Shown in pieces: positions 62,774-64,000 of a stretch of 64,000 bases of DNA. The DNA is from Tubulanus polymorphus. Its lineage: Eukaryota; Animalia; Nemertea. Below the pieces are notes generated by a model, which made no database searches, had not been told where the DNA came from, and was given only the letters and a program-made list of their open reading frames with translations. The position numbers and the translations under genes are program-made. The first letter of the stretch is position 1. Each line of letters starts with the position of its first letter. The DNA is taken from contig NC_134027.1 of the NCBI RefSeq assembly GCF_964204645.1, positions 23,584,560 through 23,648,559 of the forward strand, given 5' to 3'.

Positions 62774-63724
62774 TTACTCGACTGATTTTCTATTACAGCG
62801 GATTTCCATACAGAAATATTCACGAATTTCTCGTCCCAGTAAAAGATATATGTAAAAATTCAACACATAGTTACAAATGTGGATTTGAGCGAAAATATCG
62901 TATAGATATTCTTTCTTTTCCGTAAAGATTGGTAACATCGCAGTGATAGTGGTGGGAAGTGTGAAAATTGCAAACACGAGTGAAACTGTTACAAGCATCA
63001 TTGTTATGCGCTTTGACTTGGCAGTTTTCCGATCAGACCTAACCATTTGTGCACCTCTGAATAACTGAACTATTATAACAGAATTTGATGCTAGAATCAA
63101 AGATAATGGCAGGACAAAAACGTAGACGCCAATTGGAGTCAAAAATTTTATCTGGTAATGCAATTCGTAGAAAAATCCGAAAAACTTGTCGGTAAATTGA
63201 ATCGACAAAGCAGGGTGAATCGAAACCAGTACATTCACTGCGGTTATCGTCAATATAACGAATCTAGCGAATCTAGGTGTACATATCAAACGAGATGTGA
63301 ACGGGAAAAGCACGACTGCCGCACGTTCTAGAGATATTGCTGCTATCAACCACGAACTGTTAGAAGTAGCAACTGCCATCAAAAACTCGTAAATTTTACA
63401 ACTGATCACTGAATTCATGATGAATGTAGGACCGGTGTTAAGATTCAAGAGAACAAACTGTAAAATGGGCATCAGTGTGAAATTGACGCAGTACAGGAAA
63501 TCACAAACTGACAAAACGATCAGATAGTTAGCGTAAGATAACCTGTGGAATCTGCGACTTATCATTATCAGGAAAGTAGCTGAGTTTCCGAATGCTCCGA
63601 CCAGGAACACGATTGGCAGGACGACCAGTGACACAATGCGATAAGTTTCAGATCTGTTTACCGCAGACATGATGACAATGTAACTGCTGTAAGTTCGTCC
63701 GATCTGCATCAGAGTTGAATTCAT
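62774..63724 (-). CDS. Intronless class A GPCR, subfamily B, very recent duplicate of 58224-59174
   Basis: Seven amino-acid differences over 316 aa. Flanks are near-identical at an offset of 4550 bp through to the window end. Confidence 0.9.
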   Translation of the reverse strand: MNSTLMQIGRTYSSYIVIMSAVNRSETYRIVSLVVLPIVFLVGAFGNSATFLIMISRRFHRLSYANYLIVLSVCDFLYCVNFTLMPILQFVLLNLNTGPTFIMNSVISCKIYEFLMAVATSNSSWLIAAISLERAAVVLFPFTSRLICTPRFARFVILTITAVNVLVSIHPALSIQFTDKFFGFFYELHYQIKFLTPIGVYVFVLPLSLILASNSVIIVQLFRGAQMVRSDRKTAKSKRITMMLVTVSLVFAIFTLPTTITAMLPIFTEKKEYLYDIFAQIHICNYVLNFYIYLLLGREIREYFCMEIRCNRKSVE

Positions 63725-64000
63725 TATTCACGCGGGAAGAATTAACTCTTGAATGTGTTGACTGAATGCGTCAAAAGACTAACGCAAATTAAAGCCATGT
63801 CCTATCTATTGAAGTTTCCAATGTAGAGCTGTTCGCATCAGCTGAAAAGTATATTCTCGCAAATGTAGCTCAGATTTTGTTAAATTATTACGTAAAATAT
63901 GAATTTAACTAGATTGAATATTAATATTCGTTGTTGAAGAATTCACTAAGAATAAAATGGCGAAGTCTCTCATAGTAAAAGATCCGAACAGATTGGGAAT

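Overview
AT-rich animal genomic DNA with spliceosomal GT-AG genes, probably from a marine invertebrate (lophotrochozoan-like, inferred from gene-family style only). The window is a birth-and-death cluster of secreted and sensory genes embedded in transposon debris. It holds: (1) an 11-exon secreted triple-MAM-domain gene (11833-16374) and the 3' end of a paralog (639-1322); (2) two tandem, intact, 11-exon divergent ionotropic glutamate receptor/IR-like genes on the minus strand (17062-25761, 30671-39851); (3) six intronless class A GPCRs with ER/NFxxY motifs, in two subfamilies; (4) a 4-exon secreted divergent Ig-domain gene (49997-52298); (5) decayed Maverick/Polinton (adintovirus-like) relics of pPolB and a capsid module; (6) many MITEs, LINE tails, a SINE and tandem repeats. 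The most notable observation is that the MAM gene appears chimeric: its promoter and first exon are homologous to those of the Ig gene, and a truncated MAM exon completes its signal peptide. The two iGluR paralogs have an atypical pore loop and differ at the conserved ligand-binding Arg. Gene models were built by hand from splice signals and phase. Family assignments come from motif recognition, not database searches.
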